The position numbers and the translations under genes are program-made. Under the pieces are notes generated by a model. The model was not told the origin of the DNA. It saw only the letters and a program-made list of their open reading frames with translations, and did not search any database. From the NCBI GenBank assembly GCA_963575745.1, contig CAUYUJ010000125.1, positions 62,001 through 117,911 on the forward strand: a stretch of 55,911 nucleotides of DNA. Reading direction: 5' to 3'. Position 1 is the stretch's first letter. Every line of letters begins with the position of its first letter. Below are positions 36,755-48,059 of the stretch, piece after piece. This DNA is from Prorocentrum cordatum. Its lineage: Eukaryota.

Positions 36755-37500
36755 ACTCCTGCCTCCTGCTGCCTTTTCCTCCTCGTCCTCAGCCTCCTCG
36801 TCCTCATCCTGCCTCCTACTGCCTTTTCCTCCTCGTCGTCGTCCTCGTCCTCGCCGTCAGCTTCGTCCTCCCCCCCTCTCCCCTCCTCCTCATTCTCCCT
36901 CCTATTCCTCGGCATCGTCAAGTAATCATCGTCATCGACATCATCGGTCATTATCGGATTCGGAATCATACTCAGAACCATCATCATCGTCATCATCATC
37001 GACATCATCATCATCATCACAACCAGCAGCACCACCACCATCATCATCATCGTCGTCGTCATCAACATCATCATCATCAATAGCATCGTCACCACCTCCA
37101 TCGTCACCACCGCCATGACCATGACCATGACCATGACCATGACCATGACCATGACCATGACCATGACCATGACCATGACCATGACCATGACCATCACCAT
37201 CACCATCACCATCACCATCACCATCACCATGACCATGACCATCACCATCATACTCATCACCATCACCATTGCCACCATCATCATCATCATCAGCATCAGC
37301 ATCATCATCATCGTCGTCGTCGTCGTCGCCGTCATCGTCGTCATCGGCAATGTCGTCGCCTTCCAAATCATCATATTCAGCTGCAGCATCAGCATCAGCA
37401 TCAGCACCATCAGCATCATCAGCAGCAGCATCGTTATCAGCAGCAGCATAGTAGGCATTCGGACCAAAACCATGCGCGTCCTCATCCTCTTGATCCTCTT
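36755..37500. repeat. Compound (CCT)n/(CAT)n/(ATGACC)n tract
   Basis: Visible; hexamer array at about 37113-37240. Confidence 0.95.
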
Positions 37501-37582
37501 CCCCCATCCTCCTTATCCAGCCCTGTGTGCGGAGCCCCCTCCCTTCCCGAGGGGCGCAGTGGAGCAAGGATCCCGTCTACAG

Positions 37583-37940
37583 GGGCTCTTCAGAGGCTCT
37601 TCAGGGAGGCCGAGAGATTCTTCAGAGGCCCCAGCCATCTCTTCGAGGGGCCCAGCAGGCTCTTCAGAGGCCCTGAGAGGCTCTTCAGAGGCCCCAAGCT
37701 CTTTAGGGGACCCAGGAGGCTCTTCAGAGGCCCCAGGAGTCTCTTCAGAGGCCCCAGGAGTCTCTTCAGAGGCCCCACGAGGCTTTTCACGGGGCCCAAA
37801 GGGCTCTTCAGGGAGCCTTCAGAGGCCCCAAGAGGCTTTTCAGAGGCGCCACGTGGCTCTCCAGAGGCCCCTAAGAGGCTCTTCAGAGGCCCCATGAAGC
37901 TCTTCAGAGGCCCCAGGAAGCTCTTCAGAGGCCCCAAGAC
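37583..37940. repeat. Minisatellite, about 20-21 bp unit (ctcttcagaggccccaggag)
   Basis: ctcttcagaggcccc recurs more than 10 times. Confidence 0.9.
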
Positions 37941-39597
37941 CTGCCCCTCTTTACCGTTCGCGAGGATTCATATACTCCGAAGAACCCTTGGCCGTGCTGC
38001 TAAAGCCCACTGGGCCGCACAAGAACCCATCTGGCCGCAGTAGAACCTTGTCTCTCCCAGGAGGCCCCAAAAAGGCCCTCAGAGGCTGCCACGAGGCTCC
38101 AAGAGGACCCCAAGAGGCCCCCACGACGCTGCATAAGGCCCCCGAACGGCCCCCAAGAGGCCAAACAACGTCCCACAAGAGGCCGCCGCGAGGCCTTCTT
38201 CGACATCCCTCCTGACATTCCTATAACTTTTAACCCGCTGCCCAGGCACGGTGGCTAGATGGGTCGAAGGCCATTCCAATCTCTTGCGCACACCCCTTGC
38301 GTTCCTTCTCACATTCGTTCTGTGGCCCTCCCATCTCCTACAATTTGGTAATGTTTCCTTACATCTCCCCCATCTCACTTCCAAGCTTCACCTGCATCTC
38401 GAGATTTTCGAATGGCTCGATCTGGCTGTCTTTCGGGCTTTGCAGCCGCATTTGGGGATCTCCACGTGGGCTTCAACACGGCCAACACCATCATGTTCCC
38501 AAACATCCTTTCGGGAACATGATTGTAGCCGTCAGTCCGACGAGGAGACCGAAGAGGAGGAGGAAGAGGAGGAGGATGAGGCTGATCTGGCTCATCCGGA
38601 TCTTGTTGATTCGGTTGATTTGGTTGGCCCCGACCCTCAACATCTTCATTCCGTTGCGGTATCTTCAACAACCAAGCGGTTTCTATTGACTGACAGTGTC
38701 TTTTAAACGATATTTTTTGGAATGAAGCGAAATCAGTCAACATCCATCCTTGAAACACATGACCCCTTCAACCAGATAGCGAAAGCCCATGAGAGATACG
38801 GTTTCTTTGTAATCAAAGGAGGTCCGTATCTTGTAATTACATCTTGACATGCAAGGTGGGATCCGCGATCGGGGTCCGAGCGGATCTTCGTTTGACGCGT
38901 TCTGGAACTCACGGCGCGAATATAACGTTTGATACATCGAGGGGGCGGCTAGGCTGGGTCGGCAGCCATCAGGGTCGAGTCAGCGGGCCAAAGGGAACGA
39001 TGACGGCCAATGAAGACAAATAAAATGAGTGCGAGGCGAAGGCGATGTCGAGGACGAGAAGAAAGGAGAGGAGGAATAGGAGGAGGTCGAGGAGAAAGGC
39101 GAAGGCGAAGACCTCGACACGGCCGAGGAGGAGAGCGAGGATGAGGGCGAGGAGGAGGAAGGCGAGGAGGAGGAGGAGGAGAAGGAGGAGGAGCAGAAAG
39201 AGAACAAGGGCCAACGCCGAGGCTGCAGCGTAGGAACGAACAAATAACGATCGACGTCCGGGGAGGAGGAGGAGGAGGAGGAGGAGGAGGAGGAGGAGGA
39301 GGAGGAGGACGCGATCGTGACGGACGCGGTCTCGTCGGATGCCACGAGCCGACTGAGGGAGGAGTTCAGAGTGGAGGTAACTGCTCGGGCAAAGAAGAGG
39401 AGGATCGAGGATAGGCCTCCTGGGGTCCTCTTGGGCCCCCTCTGGTCTACTCTCGAGGCCCCGTTGGGCTTCTCTCAGAGACCTGGTCGGGCCGATCTGG
39501 GAACCTGACAGAGCAAGGTGACCGAGAAACTTTTTCAGCCGCCCGTCGGGCCGCTAAGGTCACTGTGCGCAGATGATCTCATCACTGGATATCGTTT

Positions 39598-39762
39598 AAC
39601 CGACCCCTATCCCCACTGGCGTGGCCATCGTCCCACTGAGCGATTTACCCCCCCACGCGGTTGGATGTATGCCGTTTCCCTCGGGTTTCAGGGGTAAACC
39701 CTTACCTCGGCGGCGGGGGGAAGGGTAGGTTGGTAGGAGGCTCAATGGGGGTTGGGGTCGGT
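39598..39762. mobile_element. Palindromic MITE-like element
   Basis: aaccgacccctatccccactg / caatgggggttggggtcggtt imperfect TIR. Confidence 0.65.
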
Positions 39763-39959
39763 TAGCCGACACTGAATAACCTCCGCCGCTTTCCATATCC
39801 TTCCCCCACCACCCCCGACGTCGCGATTTGTTCCCAACGGCGGCCGTGGATGTGTGAACCTCTTCCCTGGGATCAGCTCTCTCCAGTTTTATTATCCTGA
39901 GCTGTCTGTTCGCTCCAGAAACCAATGAGGGATTGTGGAGCCTGAGAACGGCCGAAAAC

Positions 39960-41531
39960 ATTCCGTCGTCGTCGTCGTCGCCCGTGGGGAGGGCCTCATG
40001 AATCCAAGTCCCAGAAGCCCTCTTCGGAACCTGAATGGTGAGAATGCCTTGGAGGCTGCTTGCGGCGTTCCGTCGTCGTCGTCGTCGTCGCCCATGTTAA
40101 GGGCCTGATGAATCATGCTCCCGGCAAGCCTTCTAGGGACATGACTTTTGGGAATGTCTTGGGGGCCTGCTGAGGGCGTTCCGTCGTTGTCGTCGCCTCT
40201 TGGGGAGGCCTTTCGAAGGCGCAAGGAATGTACCCGGAAGGCTTGTTGGCAAAATGAATGTTGGAAGTGTCTTGGAGGGCTGCGTGGGTCGTTCCGTCTT
40301 CATCATAGCCTCTTGGGAGCCATGTTGGGGGCCTGATGAATCATGTTCCTGGCAGGCCTTCTAGGAACATGATTTTTTGGGCGTGCTCCAATCTTGGAGG
40401 GCTGCTGATGGCGCTGCGTCATTGGCGTCGGTCATACCTGGGGCCTGATGAATCATGTTCCCACAAGAATTTCTGAAGCATGATCTTTGGGCTTTGGGGG
40501 CTGCTTGGGCCGGTCCATCGTCGTCGTCGTCGCCTCTTGAGGAGCCATATTGGGAGCCCGATGAATCATGTTCCCGCAAGGACTGCTGGGAACATGAATT
40601 GTGGGAATGCCTCGGGGGGGGCCTGCTTGGGGCGTTCCGTCGTCGTCGTCGCCCATGTTGGGGCGTTCCGTCGTCGGCATCGGCCACCGATTATCGCGTA
40701 CCTTTGCAAAAACTGGACGGGAACCCTGTGAAAGGCTGAAGAGGGCGAGGAGGAGCAGGTAACGAGGGGAAGAAGAAGAGCAGGAAGATGGTGCAGTCAG
40801 GTGATTTTACAAATTTCGTCATCCGATGGACCCCCTCCTGGTCCCTCCGGGGCCTCCCCCAAAGTATCTAGGGGCCTTCGGCCCATCCTGCCTCTTGGAA
40901 GCAGTTTTGAAGCCTCTCGGGGCCAGTTTTGTCGGCCTCTTGGGGCCCCTTGGTGGCCTTTAAGGGCTTCTTGGGAATCTCTTGGGGCCTCCTGGGATTT
41001 GATGATTCGGGCGGAATCCCGGAACTTTCGGTTCGTTGTCCCCCTCCTGGGCCCCTCTTGGGGCCGCCTTGGGGCTCTTTTGGGCCCTCTTGGGCGCCTC
41101 TTGGGCCGTCTTGGCGCCCCCTTGGGCCGTCTTAGGGGCCTCTTGGGAGCCTCTGGGGCCGTCTTGGAGCTACATTGGAGACTTATTGGGCCGTCGTCAA
41201 CGCCATGAAGCCGAAAAATCGCACTTGCTGAAAATGCACGCTTCCCTTAGGAAAATCAATGATTTGGGGCTCTTGGGGCCCTGTGGGTAAGCCTCTTGGA
41301 GACCTTTTTGGGCGTCTTGGCGGCCCGTAGGGCTCTCTGGCGGGCATCTTCGGCATCTTGGGGCGATCTGTCGACGAATGGTTGCCGTCGTGGACCACGC
41401 TGGGGATCTTGGCGCGTCTCGGAGCCGGGCATCCTCCCGAACGGCTCCGGCGAGCCGTGGACCCCGTGCGCCGTCGAGGCGCTGGCCCCCGAGGCCCCCA
41501 CACTGTACCCGGATGTATATATATATATATA

Positions 41532-41585
<54 letters not shown>

Positions 41586-43090
41586 CGGAGGACATGTATT
41601 GTCACGCGGATCGTGCACCTGAGGGAGCTTCACCTGCGGCTCCAGAGAGAAGGCTTGGCGTAGCGCCCCTCCGCCCATTTCGGCACGCCCCACACGGAGA
41701 GGGCGGTGGTGGGAGAGGGGGGTGGGTGGGGGATCGCGCGCCACTCATGCCGCCACACTACTCCAGGTGGAAAGGGGGGTGGAGAGGATGGGAGCGGCGC
41801 GGCAGGGGATCAGGTCCGTTAACGGCTGAGCCTGATCGCAGTCGTGGGTCGCCCGTCTATACTCGAGCGTGGCAGGGATGCGCTACGGCATGCTACGTGT
41901 TCTAGCAATGTATGCAGCTCGATATTATCATTATCCGCGATCTCGATCCTCCTCCCGCGCTCCTCTAGACGCCACGCGCGGCCCCCAAAAGGCCACCCGA
42001 CTGGCACCCAAAAGGGGCTCGTATGTGCCACTGTCGGGGTGCAATCTTCGGGTCTTCTTGGAGTGTTGTTGGGCCCCTTTCGGGCTGCTTTTGGGCTTCT
42101 TTTGGACACGGATGGGGTCTTTGAGAGGGCTCCAAGACGCCTCGAAGATGGTTCCAAGAGGGCCAACAAGCTGCTCTTGGGCTCCTCTTGGGCTCCTCGG
42201 AAGATTCCGAAAGGCTCCCGAGCAAGAAGCCCAAGAGCGCCTCGAGAGCGCTTTCTGACAGTGGCACCCAAATGGCCCTCTTGGGTGCCACTGCTGGGGT
42301 GCTCTCTGGGAGCTTTCTTGGAGCCCTCCCCAGCCTTTCTTGGGCTTCTCTGGAGCTCCTCTTCAGCCCCTCGTGGGCCCATGTCGGGCTTCTTCTCGGC
42401 GCCTCGTGGCGCCTTCTCGTGTCCCAACCCCCCAATCCAGAGAAACATTTGAGAGATATGAAAACCTTCGAGGAGTGCAGCGGGATGCAGTGGTACAGGA
42501 TGCAGCGTAACGTAGAAGGATCCATATAAGGCTCGTAAGGGATGCTCAAGATGAGGCCATGGGAGTGTCAACTTGGGCTCCATAATCGGAAATCTCAGAC
42601 AAATCCCAAACTGGCCTGTTTCACTGTCTGGGATTTGTCTGGGACTTCATGGGCCCTCCTGGGGCGTCTGGGAGACCTCGGTAAGCTCCCGAGGGCGTCC
42701 CAAGCAGGCCTTTCGATAACATGATTCATCAGGTCCCCATTCAATGCGGGCGACGACGACGACGGTCGACGAAGCACCCCAAGCAGCCCCCCCAGTACAC
42801 TCCCAACAATCACGTTCCCATGAGGCCTTCTGGGAACATGATTCATCAGGCCCCCAACATGGCTCCCCCAGAGGCGACGCCGACGACGTAACGCCTCAAG
42901 CACCACCCGAAAGCACACCCAACAAGCACATTCTAAGAAGGCCTTGGGAATATGATTCATCAGGCCTCCAACCAGGCTCTGCAAGAGGCGACGACGACGA
43001 CGAAACGTTCCAAACAGCACACCACAAATCCTTGCTCCCAGAAAGCCTTCCAGGAACATGATTCATCTGGCCTCCAACATGGCTCCAAGA
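39960..43090. repeat. Two oppositely oriented arrays of an approximately 110-115 bp unit (39960-40690 and 42715-43090) bracketing about 2 kb of other repeats
   Basis: gggcctgatgaatcatgttcc at about 40101, 40329, 40441, 40555; reverse complement ggaacatgattcatcaggcc at about 42717, 42833, 42947, 43053; both carry (CGT/ACG)n spacers. Confidence 0.8.
41514..41583. repeat. (TA)n microsatellite
   Basis: Visible run. Confidence 0.95.
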
Positions 43091-43577
43091 GAGTGTCCAG
43101 ACAGGAGCCCCGCCAGGACAACCAAAACCTCTGAGCTCCCAGACACCCCCCAAAGTCCCCAGCATCCCTCAAGACGTTTCCGAAACACTCTCTACAAAAC
43201 CGAAGAGGCCCCCGTGGCTTCCAGGACTCACCAAGTCTCCGAAGAGACCCCTGGGATCCTGACAAACTCCGGGGTGCGCATTCACGTGCATGTCTTGCAT
43301 GTCTAATGGTTTGGCTCGCATGCCGTAGAAGCTGCTGATGGCAAAGGTAATGTGAGGCGGGGGACCCACTTCTGGTTCCAACCGCGTGTGTCTCATTGCT
43401 TCAGTGTAACTGCGAAGTCGTCAAGGCCTGCGAAGCGCGCATGGGTATAGTACACATACAGATATGTATAAGCTTCGTCGGTCTACGAGCACTATAAGCC
43501 TGTGTTCGCAGAGCCGACGCGCAACATCCATTCAGGGGCAAGCCGCTTCTGCCGGCGCTCCCCCGCTCGAGACGCAC

Positions 43578-43852
43578 GTGGCCCCGAGGGGCCCGGCCGC
43601 ACCCGTGGCAGCGCCCGGCCGGCAGCGCCGCCGCGCGGAGCTCGGGCCCCGGCCGGCGCCGCGGCGGGCCCGCGGCCCGGGCCTGGCGCAGCTGGCCCCC
43701 GAGTTCCACGAGGGCGTCTGCGCGCAGCTCCTCGCGGGCGGCCTCGGCGACGTCTGCCGCCTCCGCGCCGCCAGCCGCGGCTGGCGGGCGCGGGCGCGGC
43801 CGCTGCTGCGCGCCCGCCTCCTCGCGAGGCTCACGCGGCGCGGCGCGCTCGG
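43578..43852 (+). CDS. Candidate 5' exon of the HEAT-repeat gene, with an F-box-like segment
   Basis: Very GC-rich, GC3-biased frame: ...GLAQLAPEFHEGVCAQLLAGGLGDVCRLRAASRGWRARARPLLRARLLARL; loosely resembles the F-box pattern LxxLPxE...DLxxLxxVSrxWr. Start and link to downstream exons not established. Confidence 0.4.
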
Positions 43853-44361
43853 GCGCAGGCCGGCGGGGCGCGCTCGGTGCCGCGGCCGCTGCGCTTCCCT
43901 CGTCGCCACGGCGGGGCTCGCCACGAAACCCTGTGTGGCCACCCCTCTGCTCGAGCAGCGGCGGAGCGCCCCGGCGTGCCTAGAATAGTCCTACCGAGCG
44001 GCGTTCTAAGGACCGTTTTTTGCGGCTCCCACGACATGCTCTCAGAGCATTTCTGGTTGGGACTGTCCTGTTTTATCACGTCGGGCTTGTGTTCTGAGAA
44101 CATTGGTTGTTTTTGTTCTTAGAACCTTTTTGGGGTTCTGAGAGCATCTCGTGGTAGCACTACAGGAATGCCGGGACGGTCGGCCCCCGCTCAATTTGCT
44201 TCGCTTTTTCGCACTCTTGGGCCTCGCGGGAGGCCCTCTTGGCCACGGCCACGCTCGCCTCGGGCTCCCGGCCGCGGCGCACTCTCCTCCGGAGGAGCTG
44301 CCGGGGAGCGGGGGCACCCGTGCTCCTCCGGGCGCCTTCTGGGGAGCATCCCTGCAGCATC

Positions 44362-44680
44362 TCGGCACGAGCGGAATGGGTACGGAAAGAATGGGTACGA
44401 TGCCCAGCAGCAGTTCTTGCCCATTCTGAACAGGGCTCGCTGTCGGTGTCGCCGCGGCCTGTGTCCATTCGAGACAGAAGGCCGCCTGCCCAACAGCGGC
44501 CGCCGTTGGTTTGGGACAGCATTTGTTGTTGGGCATTGTACCCATTTTTCCCGTACAGTGCCGTTTTTAATACATGCTCCGCATGCGGATCATGTATTGA
44601 AGATGCAGGGATTTAGCATCAAAAACAACGTTTTTTTGTACGTATCAAACACTGCCCTGTACCCATTTCGGGCGTCCAAA
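44362..44680. mobile_element. TIR element flanked by a perfect 25-bp direct repeat
   Basis: Inverted aatgggtac / gtacccatt motifs (two nested pairs); ttctggggagcatccctgcagcatc at 44337-44361 and 44681-44705. Confidence 0.7.
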
Positions 44681-45756
44681 TTCTGGGGAGCATCCCTGCA
44701 GCATCCTGGAGGGCCCCCGGGGGCCTCCGACCGTCGGCGACGTCTGTGGCAGGCGAGAGGCAGAACACGCATAGAATAGCAGGAAGGAGGCCCACTGCCA
44801 CCACGGAGAAGACGAAGGAAGAGATCTCAGAAGCGAGGGGGGAACTCAGGAGGGGCGGGTCTTCCCCGAGGGCTCGGATGTCCCCCGTCCTTCCAGGAAG
44901 TTCTCCAAGTGTGCCCCGGAGGCGCAGGACACCTCTCAGGAGGAGCCGGGGCTTCTGAGAAGCAGCCGCCGCCTTCCGAGAGGCCGTTTTGCCTCTCCGT
45001 TTCCCCCCTCCGCGCCGCTCGCCGCCGGGATCAGTTTCTGGGCGCCTCTCGGGGGCCTCTCGAGCCCTTCCACGCTCACTGAGCGACCTGGAGTCCCTTT
45101 GGCGTCACCAGAGGAGCGACGCGCACGCCAGGAGATCTCACAGTAATTATGCGCTCGGAGGCGGGCGCGCCGGGTAGCGACACGCTACAAGATGTTGGCA
45201 CGACGTGCTCGGTTCGGACGCACGCTTCCGAGGAGGGCGCGTAGTACTCTTGGCATCGCTCGGACGCGCGCATTTATCCCTCGGCGAGGACCATCGAGGA
45301 GCATCCTGGATCATCTGGCGAAGAAACCCACGCGCGAGACCGAAAAGAGCACAGGGAATGGACGTCCGAGCGATGGCCAGTGCTAGGCTGTCGTTTTGCG
45401 CCCCATTCTCGTTGCACCAGCAGAGCGGCCGTGGAGGCCCGCTCTGGCCCCACCCTGGGCCCACCGAACCCAGGCCCTCGATCGATCCACCTGCCCCACG
45501 CGCCGCGAAGAGCAGGTCATCTCCTGCACCGCCACGCGATGCCCCCCCTCCACGCGCACGGAACGACCCGGATCGCCCAGAGCTCTGGCGTTTTGATGTG
45601 CTCAATGCGGGGTCCGCGGGCGTCTCGACCCACTGCGTGGGACCAGTTTTCCATCCCGAGTCGTTCTTCGGGCCCGGCGAGGGCCTCCAGAGGCCGAAAA
45701 GAACGGCGAAACGCAAAGGTTCTTTCTCAATGCGTTGGATCTCGGAGTGCCCTTTG

Positions 45757-45906
45757 GGGGGCCACAAGCGAAGCCTACCCCTACCTCCCACGAGTTCTGA
45801 GGGGGAGGCTGGGGTTCATTCCGTCTGGGAGCTCCCGAGCGGAGTGAACCCCACCCTCCCCCTCAGAAATCGTGGGGGGTGGGGGTCGGGTTCGCACGTG
45901 GCCCCC
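45757..45906. mobile_element. Palindromic MITE-like element family B, copy 2
   Basis: gggggccac...gggagctccc...gtggccccc; homologous to 4110-4247. Confidence 0.8.
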
Positions 45907-45943
45907 TATCTGTTGCATTTTTGTTTGCGACGTCGGATCTCAG

Positions 45944-45963
45944 GGGTGGGCGGCCACGCGCAG
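45944..45963 (+). CDS. Candidate 20-nt micro-exon of the HEAT-repeat gene
   Basis: CAG|GGG TGG GCG GCC ACG CGC AG|GA; supplies W..TR-R phase-compatible with AAVEAL of the next exon, as in HEAT W.VRRAAVEAL. Confidence 0.35.
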
Positions 45964-46097
45964 GAGCGGCCCTTGGCCGGACGGGGCCTCTGGCGAGCGG
46001 CCTCTGGGCGGCGCGGCGTGGCTCGGTCTCGGCACGCCGGCCGCGCTGCCGGGGTAGGCTTCGCGCGTGGCCCTCTGCCCTTGCGCTTCTCCGGCAG

Positions 46098-46248
46098 GGC
46101 TGCCGTGGAGGCCCTGGGCCAGGCCTCGGAGCGGGGCTGCCCGGAGGTCGTCGCGGCGGTCGCCTCGAGGCTCGCAGACCACGACGCCGCCGTGCGCCAG
46201 GCGGCGTCCGAGGCGGTGGGGCGGCTGGTGCCCAGGGGCGACCGCGAG
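46098..46248 (+). CDS. HEAT-repeat protein exon
   Basis: AAVEALGQASERGCPEVVAAVASRLADHDAAVRQAASEAVGRLVPRGDRE; HEAT/PBS-lyase-like L.D.D..VR.AA..A pattern; CAG|G acceptor, GAG|GT donor. Confidence 0.85.
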
Positions 46249-46421
46249 GTCCTCCTCCTCCTCCTCCTCCTCCTCCTCCTCCTCCTCCTCCTCCTCCCAC
46301 CTGTTGTGGGTGTCAGGCAATTCCGAGGTAATTCCTCCTCCCCCTCCTCCTCCTCCTCCTCCTCCTCCTCCTCCTCCTCCTCCTCCCTCCCGCCCCTCCG
46401 CACCCTACTCCCCACCGCGAG

Positions 46422-46466
46422 GTCATCGCCGCCCTGGCGGGGCTGCTGGACAACCCGAAGCCAGGG
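46422..46466 (+). CDS. HEAT-repeat protein exon
   Basis: VIAALAGLLDNPKPG bridges GDRE and VRESVL with correct HEAT spacing; AG|G acceptor, GT donor. Confidence 0.75.
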
Positions 46467-46660
46467 GTCCTCGGTTCGTTCCGTGTTCCATACGCCTGCT
46501 TGCCTTTCTCGTGGCGCGTGCATTCTCGCGCGCATCACACTGGCCTCTCAAAGAGCGCAGGTTCAAGCGCACATCCTGCACCCTCCCCAACTTCCACGAT
46601 TCCCAAGGGCTCCGGCCCCACCGCGCTGCCGAGCGGGGAGCAAGCAATGACAGCAGCATG

Positions 46661-46809
46661 AGCTTCTGGAGCTCCGCGCGGGTTTTTCGGAGCGGCGCTG
46701 GAGTTCCCCTCTCTGGCGCGAGACGGGGGCGCTGCCAGGGGCTGCGCCGGGGGCGCTGCCAGAGGGCCCCAGCGCCGGTCCGAGAAATCCGTGCGGACCT
46801 CCGAAAGCT
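46661..46809. mobile_element. MITE-like element family C, copy 2 (intronic)
   Basis: agcttctggagctccgcgcgg / ccgtgcggacctccgaaagct TIR with cggcgctgg / ccagcgccg. Confidence 0.7.
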
Positions 46810-46844
46810 GCTGGTTCTGTCATTGTTGGTTCCCCTATACAAGG

Positions 46845-47210
46845 CCTCCCAGATGGGGTCGTTCGGTGGCAGATCATGGGAGCCGTGCGTGGCCTCGAAA
46901 GTCCGCCTTCGGAGTGCAATGGTGCGCGCTAGCGTCTGGTAATCGTTGAGAACGCGCCGGGTTTAGCGTTTTGGCGTCGACTAGCATAGATTAGCGGCGG
47001 TTCGCGTCGATTCGCAAGAGCCGCCAGTGAAGGGTGGGAGTAGATGGGGTCGGAGGGCCGTGCCGCATCGCCGATGCAGCGGCGATGTGGTTCGATGTGG
47101 AGCTCCACTGCCTCCATGCCGACGTCGGTGATGCACCGCCGACGTCGCCGATGCATTGGCGATGCGGCGCGATCCTCCGACCCCAGATGCTCGGACCCCA
47201 TCTGGGAGGT
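46845..47210. mobile_element. MITE-like element family D (intronic)
   Basis: TIR cctcccagatggggtc / gaccccatctgggagg with catcgccgatg internal repeats; related copy at 55629-55840. Confidence 0.75.
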
Positions 47211-47400
47211 CTCTAAAGTGGCGTACACCCTAGGCGATGCTTAAGAAAACTTAAGTTTTCGGCGAGAGTCTCGATTATTCTTAATGTTTCAATGTAAATC
47301 CTAAGATTTTGATAGAAGTTCTGGGTTTTTATTCAAGTTCTGAGACTATGAATTTCTTAACCCATGATTTCTTAAGCATTTCGCAGGGCGTAAGCATATC

Positions 47401-47551
47401 CTTGCAGAGGTCCCGCGCGGATGGCTTGGATCGGCGCTGGGCCCCCTTCCTTGGCGCGCGGAGCGGGCCAGGGGCGGCACCGTCGGGCCGCCCCGTGCGC
47501 CGGGGAGGGGGGCCCAGCGCCGATCCATGCAATCCGCGCGTGGCCTCCAAG
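47401..47551. mobile_element. MITE-like element family C, copy 3 (intronic)
   Basis: cgcgcggat..ggatcggcgctgggccccc / gggggcccagcgccgatcc..atccgcgcg. Confidence 0.75.
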
Positions 47552-47581
47552 AGTGTGTGCTCGTGCAGTCTTCCCTTCCAG

Positions 47582-47840
47582 GTCCGCGAGTCTGTCCTGG
47601 ACACCCTCGCGGGCGTTGCGGAGAAAGGCGACCAGTCCGTGGCCAGCCTCGCGGTGGGCCGGCTGGCGGACGTGGCGCCGGCGGTGCGCATGGCAGCGGT
47701 GAGGACGCTGGCCTGCGTCGCCTGCCAGGGCGACCGCGCCGTGGTCTCCGCCCTCGCGTCCTGGCTTGAGGACCGGGACCCCTGCCTGCAGCAGGCGGCC
47801 CTGAGGGCCTTGGCGCAGTTGGCAGACAAGGCCGACAAGC
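47582..47840 (+). CDS. HEAT-repeat protein exon
   Basis: VRESVLDTLAGVAEKGDQSVASLAVGRLADVAPAVRMAAVRTLACVACQGDRAVVSALASWLEDRDPCLQQAALRALAQLADKADK; pyrimidine tract plus CAG|G acceptor. Confidence 0.88.
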
Positions 47841-48059
47841 GCATCGAAGAAGAAGAAGACGCGGCATGGGCATCAGCTTTCGAAGGTTCGCGCTGATGTC
47901 TCTGATCGGCGCTGGACCCCCGCCCCCCTTGGAGGCACTTCTGGCGGAGCCACCTGGCGCGCGCTCGCTCCGCGCGCCAGGGAGGGGTGCCCTGCGCCCA
48001 TCCACGGAATCCGTGGGGACCTTCGACAGTTCACGCCGATGCTGCTTTTCCTTCTTCCG

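Noticed and set aside
37525..38043. ORF with repeated LFRGP peptides
   Set aside because: Product of the 20-21 bp minisatellite; open in several frames and on both strands.
38230..38940. Complex sequence with short ORFs on both strands
   Set aside because: No recognisable motif or splice-bounded exon; probably a decayed TE fragment but not assignable.
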